Source: Eubacteriales bacterium
GTDB lineage: Bacteria > Bacillota > Clostridia > Oscillospirales > CAG-382
Reading direction: 5' to 3'
DNA length: 59,076 nucleotides
Assembly (NCBI GenBank): GCA_045651025.1
Contig: JAZRRU010000078.1
Span: 1 to 59,076, forward strand
Both the position numbers and the translations under genes were made by a program. Below are positions 1-8,375 of the stretch, piece after piece. Every line of letters starts with the position of its first letter. Position 1 is the first letter of the stretch. The notes beneath the pieces are model-generated. The model was not told the origin of the DNA. It saw only the letters and a list, made by a program, of their open reading frames with translations, and did no database searches.

Positions 1-1
1 T

Positions 2-373
2 GAATCGAAAGAGGAGTCTAAAGATGAATCTAAGGAAGAATCTAAGGAAGAATCCAAAGACGAGTCTAAAGACGTTTCGAATGACACCTCCGTTGATAAC
101 ACATCGGACGACAATATTTCCGACAGCGATATCTCCGACGAAGATGAAATTTCCGAGGATGTTTCCGAAGACGAATCCGAAAACGAATCTACCGATGCAT
201 CCGAAGACGAATCCAAAGATGAATCCGAAAATCATACTTCCTAAGATGTTTGTAAAGAAGAAAACGAAAAGACAGACGACGGCGGTGCATTGATTTTGAT
301 CGTGCCTGCCCTCCTCGTGTTGATTTCGCTTGTTGCTGTAGTAATCATCAAAAAGCGCAGAAACTCAAATTAA
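2..373 (+). pseudogene. 3' end of an acidic low-complexity surface protein with C-terminal membrane anchor, interrupted by one in-frame TAA
   Basis: Frame 2 is open from the window edge and reads ESKEESKDESKEESKEESKDESKDVSNDTS...DESKDESENHTS. It stops at TAA 242-244. The same frame then continues as DVCKEENEKTDDGGALILIVPALLVLISLVAVVIIKKRRNSN (hydrophobic helix plus basic tail) to TAA 371-373. The listed ORF 24..293 is a different frame. The 5' end lies outside the window. Confidence 0.5.
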
Positions 374-394
374 CGTAAAAAACGGACTCGATTA

Positions 395-420
395 GCATTG
401 TGTTCTTTGGAACACAATGC
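395..420. other. Perfect 11-bp stem / 4-nt loop hairpin (gcattgtgttc-tttg-gaacacaatgc) 22 nt after the stop at 371-373
   Basis: Read directly; the arms are exact reverse complements. There is no T-run, so it is not a classical terminator. Confidence 0.6.
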
Positions 421-423
421 AGC

Positions 424-593
424 GATATAAATCCCTGACGGGATTTTCGATATACGCCTTCGGCGTTCGATATGCGTAAACGCACGATATGCCCTGCGGG
501 GCGTGAAGGGATTTATATCATATCGAATTTACGAAGTAAATATATCGATTTTTCCGATAGGAAAAAATATCGAATTGCGTAGCAATATATCGA
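424..593. repeat. Hairpin array 1: fixed 7-mer word TCGATAT (x3) then its complement ATATCGA (x4), each separated by a different small palindrome
   Basis: TCGATAT/CGATAT words occur at 447, 467 and 485, separated by acgcc-ttcg-gcgt, gcgt-aaa-cgc and gccc-tgcg-gggc. ATATCGA words occur at 520, 542, 567 and 587, separated by atttac-gaa-gtaaat, tttttcc-gata-ggaaaaa and attgc-gta-gcaat. GATATAAATCCC (424-435) is the exact reverse complement of GGGATTTATATC (508-519), which encloses the first half. Confidence 0.8.
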
Positions 594-601
594 CAAAAAA
601 T

Positions 602-645
602 AACTACCCGAAGAAGAGAAATGAAAAGCTCTTTTTCGGGTAGTT
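602..645. terminator. Bidirectional intrinsic terminator between convergent genes
   Basis: An 11-bp stem aactacccgaa (602-612) / ttcgggtagtt (635-645) is flanked by an A-run (594-600) and a T-run (646-649). It lies between the + strand stop at 373 and the - strand stop at 736. Confidence 0.55.
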
Positions 646-735
646 TTTCTTATTCCGTTACAAGCAGGGAATTTGTGCGCCAAATTCCGTCTTCTTTATT
701 GAAAACCGTTCTTAGGAAGCCCGTTTTTTGTTGCG

Positions 736-3700
736 TTATTTCTTGTTTTTTCTCTCGGTAACGTAAGTGAGCAGAATCACGCTTGCAATCATCAACGCGA
801 CTGCAACAAGAATCAGCACCGTCGCGACGAGGTTAGCTTTCATGAGCCCGTCTTCCGACGGGTCGTTCTCCTCGGGCAGAAGCGTGACGGCGATCGTGTA
901 GACGAGCGTTTCGCCGTCGGGCGCGCCCACGCTTATCGGGATGAGGGTTTCGGTACCTGTTATCGCCGTGTCGCCGATGATGACCTTCGCCGTCTTGTTT
1001 TCGGGCACGGCGTAGACGTTGATCTTCTCGGTTCCGAACGGTACGGAAATGCTGTAGTTAAGAATGTTGTGATTAAACGCGGGCGTGAGACGGAATCCCT
1101 CGACCTCGAGTGCCGAAAGATGGCAGTTCGAGTCGAATCTCGGCTCTTTGTCGCGTTTGACCTGAATCGTGTAGATGCTTTCTTTTCCGTTTTTATCGGT
1201 ATAGGTTACCTGAACAGCAACCGTGTTTCCGTCGGGGATAGTGGTAGAATTGATCGTAAAGGATTCGTCGGTCGGGCAGGAGACGAGAATATCCGCGATT
1301 GCGCTGTTGTGGGGGACGGTCGTTCTGTAATGATGAACGTCGGGGTCGAACTCAAACGCATATGCGTTGAAAAATTCGATATTAAAGCCGTCATAAGTCG
1401 GATTCGAGATGAGAACGTCCGCGGGCTTGAAAACGATTTTTTGATACCTGTCGTTAAACACGGCGTAAAAACCGTCGCTTGAGAGCTTCACGCTTTCCTT
1501 TTCGTTCGCCGTAACGCGGAATTTGAGGTTGAGCACCGCCGTGAACGCGGTCTTGCATCCCTCGCCGTCGTTATCGTAGGCATAGAAGCTGAGCTTGTTT
1601 CCGTTCTTTTGAACCTCCGATTTCCAACCCATCATCTCTGCGCTTACGAAATCAAGTCCGTCGCCGTACTCGAGCGTACCCGAGAGTGCTTTCAGGTTCT
1701 TACAGCTTTCGAGGCATATAACGACATCGATGAAGTCGCCGTTTTTGACCTTTGAGACCGTCTGGGCGTAGGCGTAGGTGAAAAGGTTGAGCGACGGCTC
1801 ACCGAGCTTGACGTCGCCGTTGCCGATGAGCATGGTTTTCAGAATACGGTAGTCGTTGTTTCCGAGAGAACCGTTTTTGTCAACGTCGGAGGCGGCGATT
1901 GCTTCGGGCGAAGATGTTGCGCCGCGGAGGATCCTCTCGACCGAGTAGATATCAAACGCGTTGATAAACCCGTCGCCGTCGATATCACCGACGATTACGA
2001 CAATCATCTCGTCGCTTACGACGCCGTTCTTGAGGAGCTGTACCCGCGTTCCCGTTCCGGCAAACCCGTTTTTGAAGCTGCCGTCACGATCGACAATCTG
2101 AATCTCGTGAGAGTTGTCAAATAGATTTCTGAGCTGATTTGCGGTCGTATCGGGCGCAACGCCAAAGATGAATCCGCGGTCGCGGTCGATTGAGAGTCCG
2201 CTTCCCTCTTTCGGGGAAAGGAGCGTGTTCACAACCGTTACGGTGCATTCCGCCTTGAAGGTTCCGTATTCGGTGACCGCTTCGGCGGTGACGGTGTATC
2301 TGCCGTCGCGGAGCGCCTTTAGCCGTCCGTTTTCGCCGAGGATGATTCCGTCGGAATCGCATTTCAGCGTGATCGGAACGGCGGGAGAGTTTTCGGGGAG
2401 ATATCTGACCCCGAGCGTTATGCTCTCGCCGATGGCAACGACACGCGAGCTATGAATAAACTCGATTCCCGTGAGTTTTGATTTCACGGAGAAGTGAACG
2501 ACCTCGCTTCTTCCGCAGGGGAGCGCGAGAATGAACTCGTGATCTCCGAGCGTAAGCACTGTGCTTCCCGAGGAAAACGCTTTTCCGTCGAGGAAGCCTT
2601 TTCCGTTTTCATAGGTGATGACCGTGCTTCCGAGGTGAGTCGAGCCCTCGGAAATGCCTTTTATTTCGGGTTCGGAAACGACCTCGCGTCCGTTTTCGCC
2701 GTAGGAGACGGCGACGACCGCTTTCCCGAACGCGACGACCGCGTTGCTGTCAGTGATCGTAACGGATTCCGTGTCCGTAACGCCGACCTCGCCGACGAGA
2801 TTCTTCGTCTTGAGGTTGAAAATTCCGTTTTCGGTAACGATCGTGTTGTCCTTGAGCGTGATTATATCCGAGTCGAAGGATGCGATCAGCTCGAGAGCTT
2901 CGAGGTTATAAACGTTTTTGCCGAGTGCAAGAGCACCGTTTGAGGTAAGATTCTCGCCCTCTGCGGTGATGCGTTTTACTTCCGCGAGCGCTCTGTCGTA
3001 GGCAAAAAGTGCGTTGCCCGTACAGGCATAGATGAATTTTCCGTCGGTTGCGATTTTTTTCGCACGCAGGGTGGTATCCGTGACGGTGCCTCCGTTGAGG
3101 TTGCAGGAAAATATCTTTCCGCGAGATACGAAGTACAGCTTATTCCCGAACACGACCGCGGAATCGCAGATGTAAGGAACGGGTATATAGCTTCCGTTTT
3201 TCGCGTCGGAATCGGACGCGACATAGACGAAGCTTGCATTTTCAAAAAGCACGATGATATTTCCGCCCGATGCGAGCACCTGCTTGGGCTTGAAGAAGAG
3301 CGAAACCGCGTCGTTTTCCGTGAATTCGGAAGTGCTGAAGCTGTTGAGCGTGTTGCTGTTTTCGAAAAGAACGAAAACGCTGTCGCCGGAGGAAGCCGAT
3401 GAGATAACGGGGGAATGAGCCGAGTAATAGATGTTCGTTCGGAAGTCGTTTTCCGTCTCCGCGCGGGAAAGCGAGAACTCAAACTTCCGCGCCGCGCCGT
3501 ATTTCGCAACTCCCGTCGCGCCGTTCGAGACGTTTGCGGAGATGGGGTCGGTTCCGAAGATACGGACCGAATCGTTGAGGAATGAAATACTTGCGACGTC
3601 AAAGGGGAAAGCGCCCGTTTCTTTCGCGGTTTGGATTTCGATGATGCGGTTTTCCGTGAAGAAAAGCCCGTCTTTCAGCATAACGCCCGTGCTCGAGGCG

Positions 3701-6087
3701 GCTTCTAGAAGAAGATTTCCGTTCTCGATGCTGTAAACACGGTTGCCGACCGAGAAATATCCGTCGCCCGCGCATATCTTCTTTCCGTCGAGGGGGATTC
3801 CGATGTCAAACTCGAGGACAGAAAGAGTTTTGATATCAAGAATCCTGAGGATGTTGTCCTTGCTCGGGCTCGTCAGGCAGAAAAGACCGTTTTCAAAAAC
3901 TGCCTTTTCGGGCGAGAAGCCGAGCTCGAGGATTGTTTCCGCTTCGCCCGTTTCGGGGTTCAGCTTGAGCATATTATCCTCGGCGAAAATAAAGATCTCG
4001 CCGTCGGCAGAGGCATAAAGGGAAGCGCCGTCGTAGGCGAACGTGCTTTTTACGGCTTTTTCGGGGTCGAGCGCGTTCTTTCGGTCGATGGAGATGATTC
4101 CCTCGTCGCCGAAGAGGAGAAGCTCGTCATCATGCAGGAGATGACCGTAGACACGTCCGATGCGGAGAAAATGAACCGCACGCTCGGGTTTTTTGAGGTC
4201 ATAGACCGCAACTCCGACGAGCGAGTCGTTGTAAACGCAGTAAAAACCGTTTTCCTCGTCGAACGCCGCCGTAACGTTTCCGTAATCGACGTCGAACGAA
4301 TAAGAGTTGGGGAAGGTTATTTCAAAATTGATTTTCTTCGAAACGGCATCGTTACCGCTGAAGATTTCGAGAACGTGTTTTCCTTTTTCCGAAACTGCGA
4401 CCTCGCCGTAGACGGCTTTTCCGTCAAGCTCGGCTCTGCCGTCACCGACGATGCGGATATATACCGGCTCGTCGTATTTTCCGCCGTCCGAAATTCCGTA
4501 GACGGTGGGAAGACGGTAGCGGACGTAGATTTCCTTTTCTCTTCTCTCGTTGCCGTCAAAAAGAACGAAGTTATGCTTGCCTGTCGAGGATATCTTGTCT
4601 TTTGATTTGTAGGGGAATCCGTCGAGAAGCGCGGTTCCGCGCTCGAACTCAAAATAAGAATGAGTCGAAAGCTCGACGTATTCGAAATAGAGCGGAGCGT
4701 AGTTGAGGTTGAACCTGACCGTCTGCGAGAATTCGCCGTCCGTAACGGTGAGCACGTGGGAACCGTTTGCGATGACCGACTCGCCGTCCTCGATGCGCTC
4801 GCCGTCGAGCGTCGCGCTTCCGCGGTTGAATTTAATTTTTACGCTGTCGGGGTAGACACCGCCGTCGGTAACTCCCGAAATGAGAGGGAACTCCGCGCGG
4901 GAGATCATTTTTTCGGCGTTCGCGATGCCGTGGCCGAGCGCGTTCGTTCTCTTTTTACCGCAGGTCTCGATGAGGAGCGATATAAATTCATCGGTCTCAA
5001 AACGAACCGAGCTTCCTACGTTCGATACCGCCAGTGCGGCGATACCGCTCAAAATTGCGGCGGAATAACTCGTTCCCGAGTCGGTTCTGTATTTCGAAAC
5101 GCCGTCCTCGACGTAGAGGAGAGGGATATCCTCGCCGTAGATTGCAACGTCAACGGCATCGTTATGCTGTGAGAAAGAGCTTTTCTTTCCGTTTTTGTCG
5201 CAGGATGCGACCGAAACGACTCCGTCGTACGACGCGGGATAGCATTTCTGGTCGGCATAGGGGAGCTCGCCCCCGTTACCCGCCGCCGCAATGAGGATAC
5301 ATCCCTTCGAAACGGCATAGTTGACGGCTTCCTGCTCGGCAAACGACGAGGCGTAACCGCCGAGCGACATATTTATGATCTTTGCACCCGAATCCGCGGC
5401 GAAGCGTATTCCCGCGATGAGGTCGGACGAGAAGATGTCGGTTCCGCTTTCCGAAACGCGGACGGGGAGTATCGTAACGCCGTTCGCAACGCCCGCAATA
5501 CCGACCTCGTTGTTCGCCGTCGCGGCGATAAGTCCGATAACCTCGGTTCCGTGACCTGCAAAATCCTCGTTAATTCCCGCCGTTTTCGTGACGGCGTCGT
5601 AACCGGGGAGAATGCTCGCGTTCTTGAGGTCCTCGTGAGTGCGGTCGATGCCCGTGTCGAGCACCGCGACGATAACATCCTTTGCTCCGACGGTCTTATC
5701 CCACGCGGAATAGACCGAGAGCTTTTCATAGGACGTAACTTTTATCGGGTCGTTCGTTACGGCGAGGGTGGTTCTTACCGTGTCGGGCTCAAAATATTCG
5801 ATGACGTCGGAATTGGTCTTGAAAAATTCGGGGTTGGCAATAACGTTAAAAAGCAGTTCGTCCGTCTCCGAGATGCTTCGATGCTCGATTCCGTCGAGAA
5901 TCTTTTCCGAATCGGCGTCGGGCTTGAGCTTGACGATATATCGGTTCGCCTCGTCGAAAGCAGTGTTTTGGTTCTTCCAACCGCCGAGGGATTCCGATTT
6001 TTGCGCGAAGAAAACGCTCCCTGCCAAAATCACAACGGGGAGTATGATAGCTATTGCGATAAAGAGCGAAAGAGCGCGTTTTTTCAT
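736..6087 (-). CDS. 1783-aa membrane-anchored multidomain S8 (subtilisin-family) serine peptidase with dockerin-like and cohesin-like modules
   Basis: N-terminal signal/TM segment (LSLFIAIAIILPVVILAG). S8 triad motifs VAVLDTGID, GHGTEV, INMSLGG and SGTSYSAA. A long beta-rich middle region and a Big_2-like segment. A dockerin-like pair of Ca loops (GDIDGDGFINAFD ... DVDKNGSLGNNDY, nt ~1795-1995). A cohesin-like module (nt ~1400-1790). Two cadherin-like beta-sandwich segments (LSALEVEGFRLTPAFN). C-terminal TM helix plus KNKK. The ATG overlaps the upstream stop (ATGA at 6084-6087). Confidence 0.9.
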   Translation of the reverse strand: MKKRALSLFIAIAIILPVVILAGSVFFAQKSESLGGWKNQNTAFDEANRYIVKLKPDADSEKILDGIEHRSISETDELLFNVIANPEFFKTNSDVIEYFEPDTVRTTLAVTNDPIKVTSYEKLSVYSAWDKTVGAKDVIVAVLDTGIDRTHEDLKNASILPGYDAVTKTAGINEDFAGHGTEVIGLIAATANNEVGIAGVANGVTILPVRVSESGTDIFSSDLIAGIRFAADSGAKIINMSLGGYASSFAEQEAVNYAVSKGCILIAAAGNGGELPYADQKCYPASYDGVVSVASCDKNGKKSSFSQHNDAVDVAIYGEDIPLLYVEDGVSKYRTDSGTSYSAAILSGIAALAVSNVGSSVRFETDEFISLLIETCGKKRTNALGHGIANAEKMISRAEFPLISGVTDGGVYPDSVKIKFNRGSATLDGERIEDGESVIANGSHVLTVTDGEFSQTVRFNLNYAPLYFEYVELSTHSYFEFERGTALLDGFPYKSKDKISSTGKHNFVLFDGNERREKEIYVRYRLPTVYGISDGGKYDEPVYIRIVGDGRAELDGKAVYGEVAVSEKGKHVLEIFSGNDAVSKKINFEITFPNSYSFDVDYGNVTAAFDEENGFYCVYNDSLVGVAVYDLKKPERAVHFLRIGRVYGHLLHDDELLLFGDEGIISIDRKNALDPEKAVKSTFAYDGASLYASADGEIFIFAEDNMLKLNPETGEAETILELGFSPEKAVFENGLFCLTSPSKDNILRILDIKTLSVLEFDIGIPLDGKKICAGDGYFSVGNRVYSIENGNLLLEAASSTGVMLKDGLFFTENRIIEIQTAKETGAFPFDVASISFLNDSVRIFGTDPISANVSNGATGVAKYGAARKFEFSLSRAETENDFRTNIYYSAHSPVISSASSGDSVFVLFENSNTLNSFSTSEFTENDAVSLFFKPKQVLASGGNIIVLFENASFVYVASDSDAKNGSYIPVPYICDSAVVFGNKLYFVSRGKIFSCNLNGGTVTDTTLRAKKIATDGKFIYACTGNALFAYDRALAEVKRITAEGENLTSNGALALGKNVYNLEALELIASFDSDIITLKDNTIVTENGIFNLKTKNLVGEVGVTDTESVTITDSNAVVAFGKAVVAVSYGENGREVVSEPEIKGISEGSTHLGSTVITYENGKGFLDGKAFSSGSTVLTLGDHEFILALPCGRSEVVHFSVKSKLTGIEFIHSSRVVAIGESITLGVRYLPENSPAVPITLKCDSDGIILGENGRLKALRDGRYTVTAEAVTEYGTFKAECTVTVVNTLLSPKEGSGLSIDRDRGFIFGVAPDTTANQLRNLFDNSHEIQIVDRDGSFKNGFAGTGTRVQLLKNGVVSDEMIVVIVGDIDGDGFINAFDIYSVERILRGATSSPEAIAASDVDKNGSLGNNDYRILKTMLIGNGDVKLGEPSLNLFTYAYAQTVSKVKNGDFIDVVICLESCKNLKALSGTLEYGDGLDFVSAEMMGWKSEVQKNGNKLSFYAYDNDGEGCKTAFTAVLNLKFRVTANEKESVKLSSDGFYAVFNDRYQKIVFKPADVLISNPTYDGFNIEFFNAYAFEFDPDVHHYRTTVPHNSAIADILVSCPTDESFTINSTTIPDGNTVAVQVTYTDKNGKESIYTIQVKRDKEPRFDSNCHLSALEVEGFRLTPAFNHNILNYSISVPFGTEKINVYAVPENKTAKVIIGDTAITGTETLIPISVGAPDGETLVYTIAVTLLPEENDPSEDGLMKANLVATVLILVAVALMIASVILLTYVTERKNKK

Positions 6088-6896
6088 TGGTTATCTTCTT
6101 TTCTGCCGTCAAAACGGCGGTATATTTCAATCAACTCGTCGGTCTCGACGGTGTGAGTGCTGTCTTTGTAGATAAAAAGGTCGTTTTCGTAAACGAGCCC
6201 CTCTTTTCCGTCCTTTTTGCCCTCAATGAGGACGAGCGACGGCTTTTTGCCGGCAGAGGGGACGACGGCGCGGAGCCGCTTCGGCTCGATGCCGTATTTT
6301 TTCATCGAGCAAATAAGGTTAACGAGTCGGTCGGGACGGTAGACGGCGAAAAAGCTTCCTCCGCTTTTCAGGCACCACGAAGCCGCTTCGCAAAAAAGCG
6401 AAATTCCTCCCTCGATCTCGCGTCTTGCAATCGCAAGGGGAAGCGAGTCGTTCGACTTTCCGCAGTCGCTCCGCATATAAGGCGGGTTCGTAACGACGCA
6501 GTCGGCGCGTCCGCTTTCAAAAAGCGTTCTGTAATCCTTCGCGTTGCCGCAAATAACCGAAAACCGATCGGCGAGTCTGTTCGCAATCGCGTTTTCGCGT
6601 GCAACTCTCGCGTGCTCGGGCTGGAGCTCAAGTCCGCAAAAGTCCGCCCCGCTGCCCGAAGCGAGCATAAGAAGCGGAATAACTCCCGATCCCGTTCCGA
6701 GGTCGATAACTCTGCCTTTTTTTGCGCTGTTGCGCGCGAAATCGGCGAGAAGAAGCGCGTCGGTACCGAAACGGATGCCGCCCTTCGGCTCGGAGAGTAT
6801 TATATCTGCGTTGATTTTCGTCTTGAATCCGTCCATGAAAAACCTCGAAGAAACAATAATGCGAGGAGATTCGCACAATTCCGAATCTTCTCGCAT
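6084..6896 (-). CDS. SAM-dependent methyltransferase of the tRNA1(Val) (adenine37-N6) / YfiC-TrmN6 type
   Basis: The SAM-binding motif VIDLGTGSGVIPL and the N6-adenine motif VVTNPPYM are present. The size and the FGTDALLLADF N-terminal motif fit the family. An alternative start is M21 (6836), which has a GAGG RBS. Confidence 0.75.
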   Translation of the reverse strand: MREDSELCESPRIIVSSRFFMDGFKTKINADIILSEPKGGIRFGTDALLLADFARNSAKKGRVIDLGTGSGVIPLLMLASGSGADFCGLELQPEHARVARENAIANRLADRFSVICGNAKDYRTLFESGRADCVVTNPPYMRSDCGKSNDSLPLAIARREIEGGISLFCEAASWCLKSGGSFFAVYRPDRLVNLICSMKKYGIEPKRLRAVVPSAGKKPSLVLIEGKKDGKEGLVYENDLFIYKDSTHTVETDELIEIYRRFDGRKEDNQ

Positions 6897-6912
6897 TAAG
6901 GTCAGTCCTAAA

Positions 6913-7101
6913 TTACTCCTGAGGAGCGCCTACGGGACAAACGCCTGCACATGCGCCGCAATCGATGCAAAGTTCAGGATCGATCGTGTACTTGCCGTCA
7001 TCGGCAACAGAGATAGCACTTACGGGGCATTCGGACTCGCAAGCGCCGCAACCGATGCAGGTGTCGTTGATGATGGAATAAGCCATTACCGTTACCTCCA
7101 T
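6913..7101 (-). CDS. 2x[4Fe-4S] ferredoxin (62 aa)
   Basis: Two CxxCxxCxxxCP motifs are present: CIGCGACESECP and CIDCGACAGVCP. Confidence 0.92.
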   Translation of the reverse strand: MEVTVMAYSIINDTCIGCGACESECPVSAISVADDGKYTIDPELCIDCGACAGVCPVGAPQE

Positions 7102-7223
7102 ATAGTTAGTGATTAAAATAATATCACACTTTTATTTCAATTTCAATAGGAAAAACAACTTTTTCACCCCGAAATTCGCGGAATTTCATGCTCGGGGAAG
7201 TCGAGTGAAAATCGTCGTACCAA

Positions 7224-8213
7224 TCAACCTTCTCCGCGGTCGAGCTTGCGGATGAGGTTGACTGCATCGACCCAGTTTCCGGGGTAGTTGATCTCGTGAC
7301 GCTTGAAGTCGTCATAGGAGAAAATCGTGTCAAGATGCTCGGTGGCTTGGTCGGCGGTGAGGTTCGTTTCGCAGGAGGAAATGAGCTTCGCCATTGCGGT
7401 CGCCTTTTTGAGCGTTGATTCCTGCTTGAAGAACTGATCGATGAGCGAGTTGAATATGTAGGAATAGATCGAGTTGTATTCACCGACGGAAGTATCTGCG
7501 TGGGGGTTATATTCGAGGAGCCATTCGAGCTTTGTCTTGCCGTGAATCGTGTCGTTGAGGTTGATCTTGCCCGTGAGGTTGAAATAGTAATCGCCGGGCT
7601 TCGACTCGCCCTCCATGAAGATCATGTCGGCATATTTCGGGTTGACGATGGAGATCGGCTCTTTTGTGATCTTGTCGGCAATATCGTCGGCGTTGACGGT
7701 TGCGTCGTCAATGAGCTTCGCGAGCTTTTTAACGCCTTCTTTGTCAAAACGGAGACAGTAGTCGGTGCTGATGCCCGTCATCGTGCTCGAGAGCTGGCAG
7801 ACCGACTCGACGGAAGCTGTTCCGAGGATATCGCTTATGGGGACGGCAACGCCGACCTCGTTCGTGACTCTCGTCGTTTTCGGGACGTAGCATCTTATGA
7901 ACTGCTTGGTCTTTCCGTTTGCGTCGATGAAAAACGTATCGAGCGCACGGTTTTCGGAATCGACGCAGAAGATCATAGCCGTGAATATATCACCGTTTTC
8001 GTCATATTCGATCTTGACGTCCTCTTGGGAAACGTCGGTTCCGCCGTCGGGATTCGACGCGTCGTTTTCCGAAACGTCGGAAGACGCATCGCTCGACTCG
8101 TCAAGCGAGACCACGTCCGAAAGCCACGGAACTATAACATAGATGCCGATAAGCATAAAAGCGGTCAAGCTCACGGCAAAGGTAATCAAGAAATTTTTGA
8201 GTGCGGAAGACAA
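7224..8213 (-). CDS. Membrane-anchored extracytoplasmic protein of unknown function (weak LytR-CpsA-Psr-like pattern)
   Basis: TTG start 7 nt after AAGGAGA. One N-terminal TM helix (FLITFAVSLTAFMLIGIYVIV) followed by an acidic linker. The segment FTAMIFCVDSENRALDTFFIDANGKTKQFIRCYVPKTTRV loosely resembles the LCP core. The function call is weak. Confidence 0.55.
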   Translation of the reverse strand: MSSALKNFLITFAVSLTAFMLIGIYVIVPWLSDVVSLDESSDASSDVSENDASNPDGGTDVSQEDVKIEYDENGDIFTAMIFCVDSENRALDTFFIDANGKTKQFIRCYVPKTTRVTNEVGVAVPISDILGTASVESVCQLSSTMTGISTDYCLRFDKEGVKKLAKLIDDATVNADDIADKITKEPISIVNPKYADMIFMEGESKPGDYYFNLTGKINLNDTIHGKTKLEWLLEYNPHADTSVGEYNSIYSYIFNSLIDQFFKQESTLKKATAMAKLISSCETNLTADQATEHLDTIFSYDDFKRHEINYPGNWVDAVNLIRKLDRGEG

Positions 8214-8288
8214 GCTCTCATCTCCTTAAAAATCATAGTCAAGCAATTATACACCATATAATAAGGTTTGTCAATTAAATTATAACGC

Positions 8289-8317
8289 TTGACAATCGGG
8301 CGCTTCGGGGGTATAAT
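8289..8317 (+). promoter_or_regulatory. Consensus sigmaA-type promoter (TTGACA-17-TATAAT) for the solute-binding protein gene
   Basis: TTGACA at 8289-8294, a 17-nt spacer, and TATAAT at 8312-8317. A leader hairpin ggcgg-N10-ccgcc follows at 8333-8354. Confidence 0.65.
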
Positions 8318-8375
8318 GGTGAGAGTAATATAGGCGGAGTATGCTTACCGCCGAAAACAAGAAAGGAAAGACAAT

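Noticed and set aside
24-293. An 89-aa ORF rich in K/N/P/T
   Set aside because: It is the wrong frame of the acidic repeat region. Frame 2 gives the coherent E/S/K/D repeat that continues into a membrane anchor.
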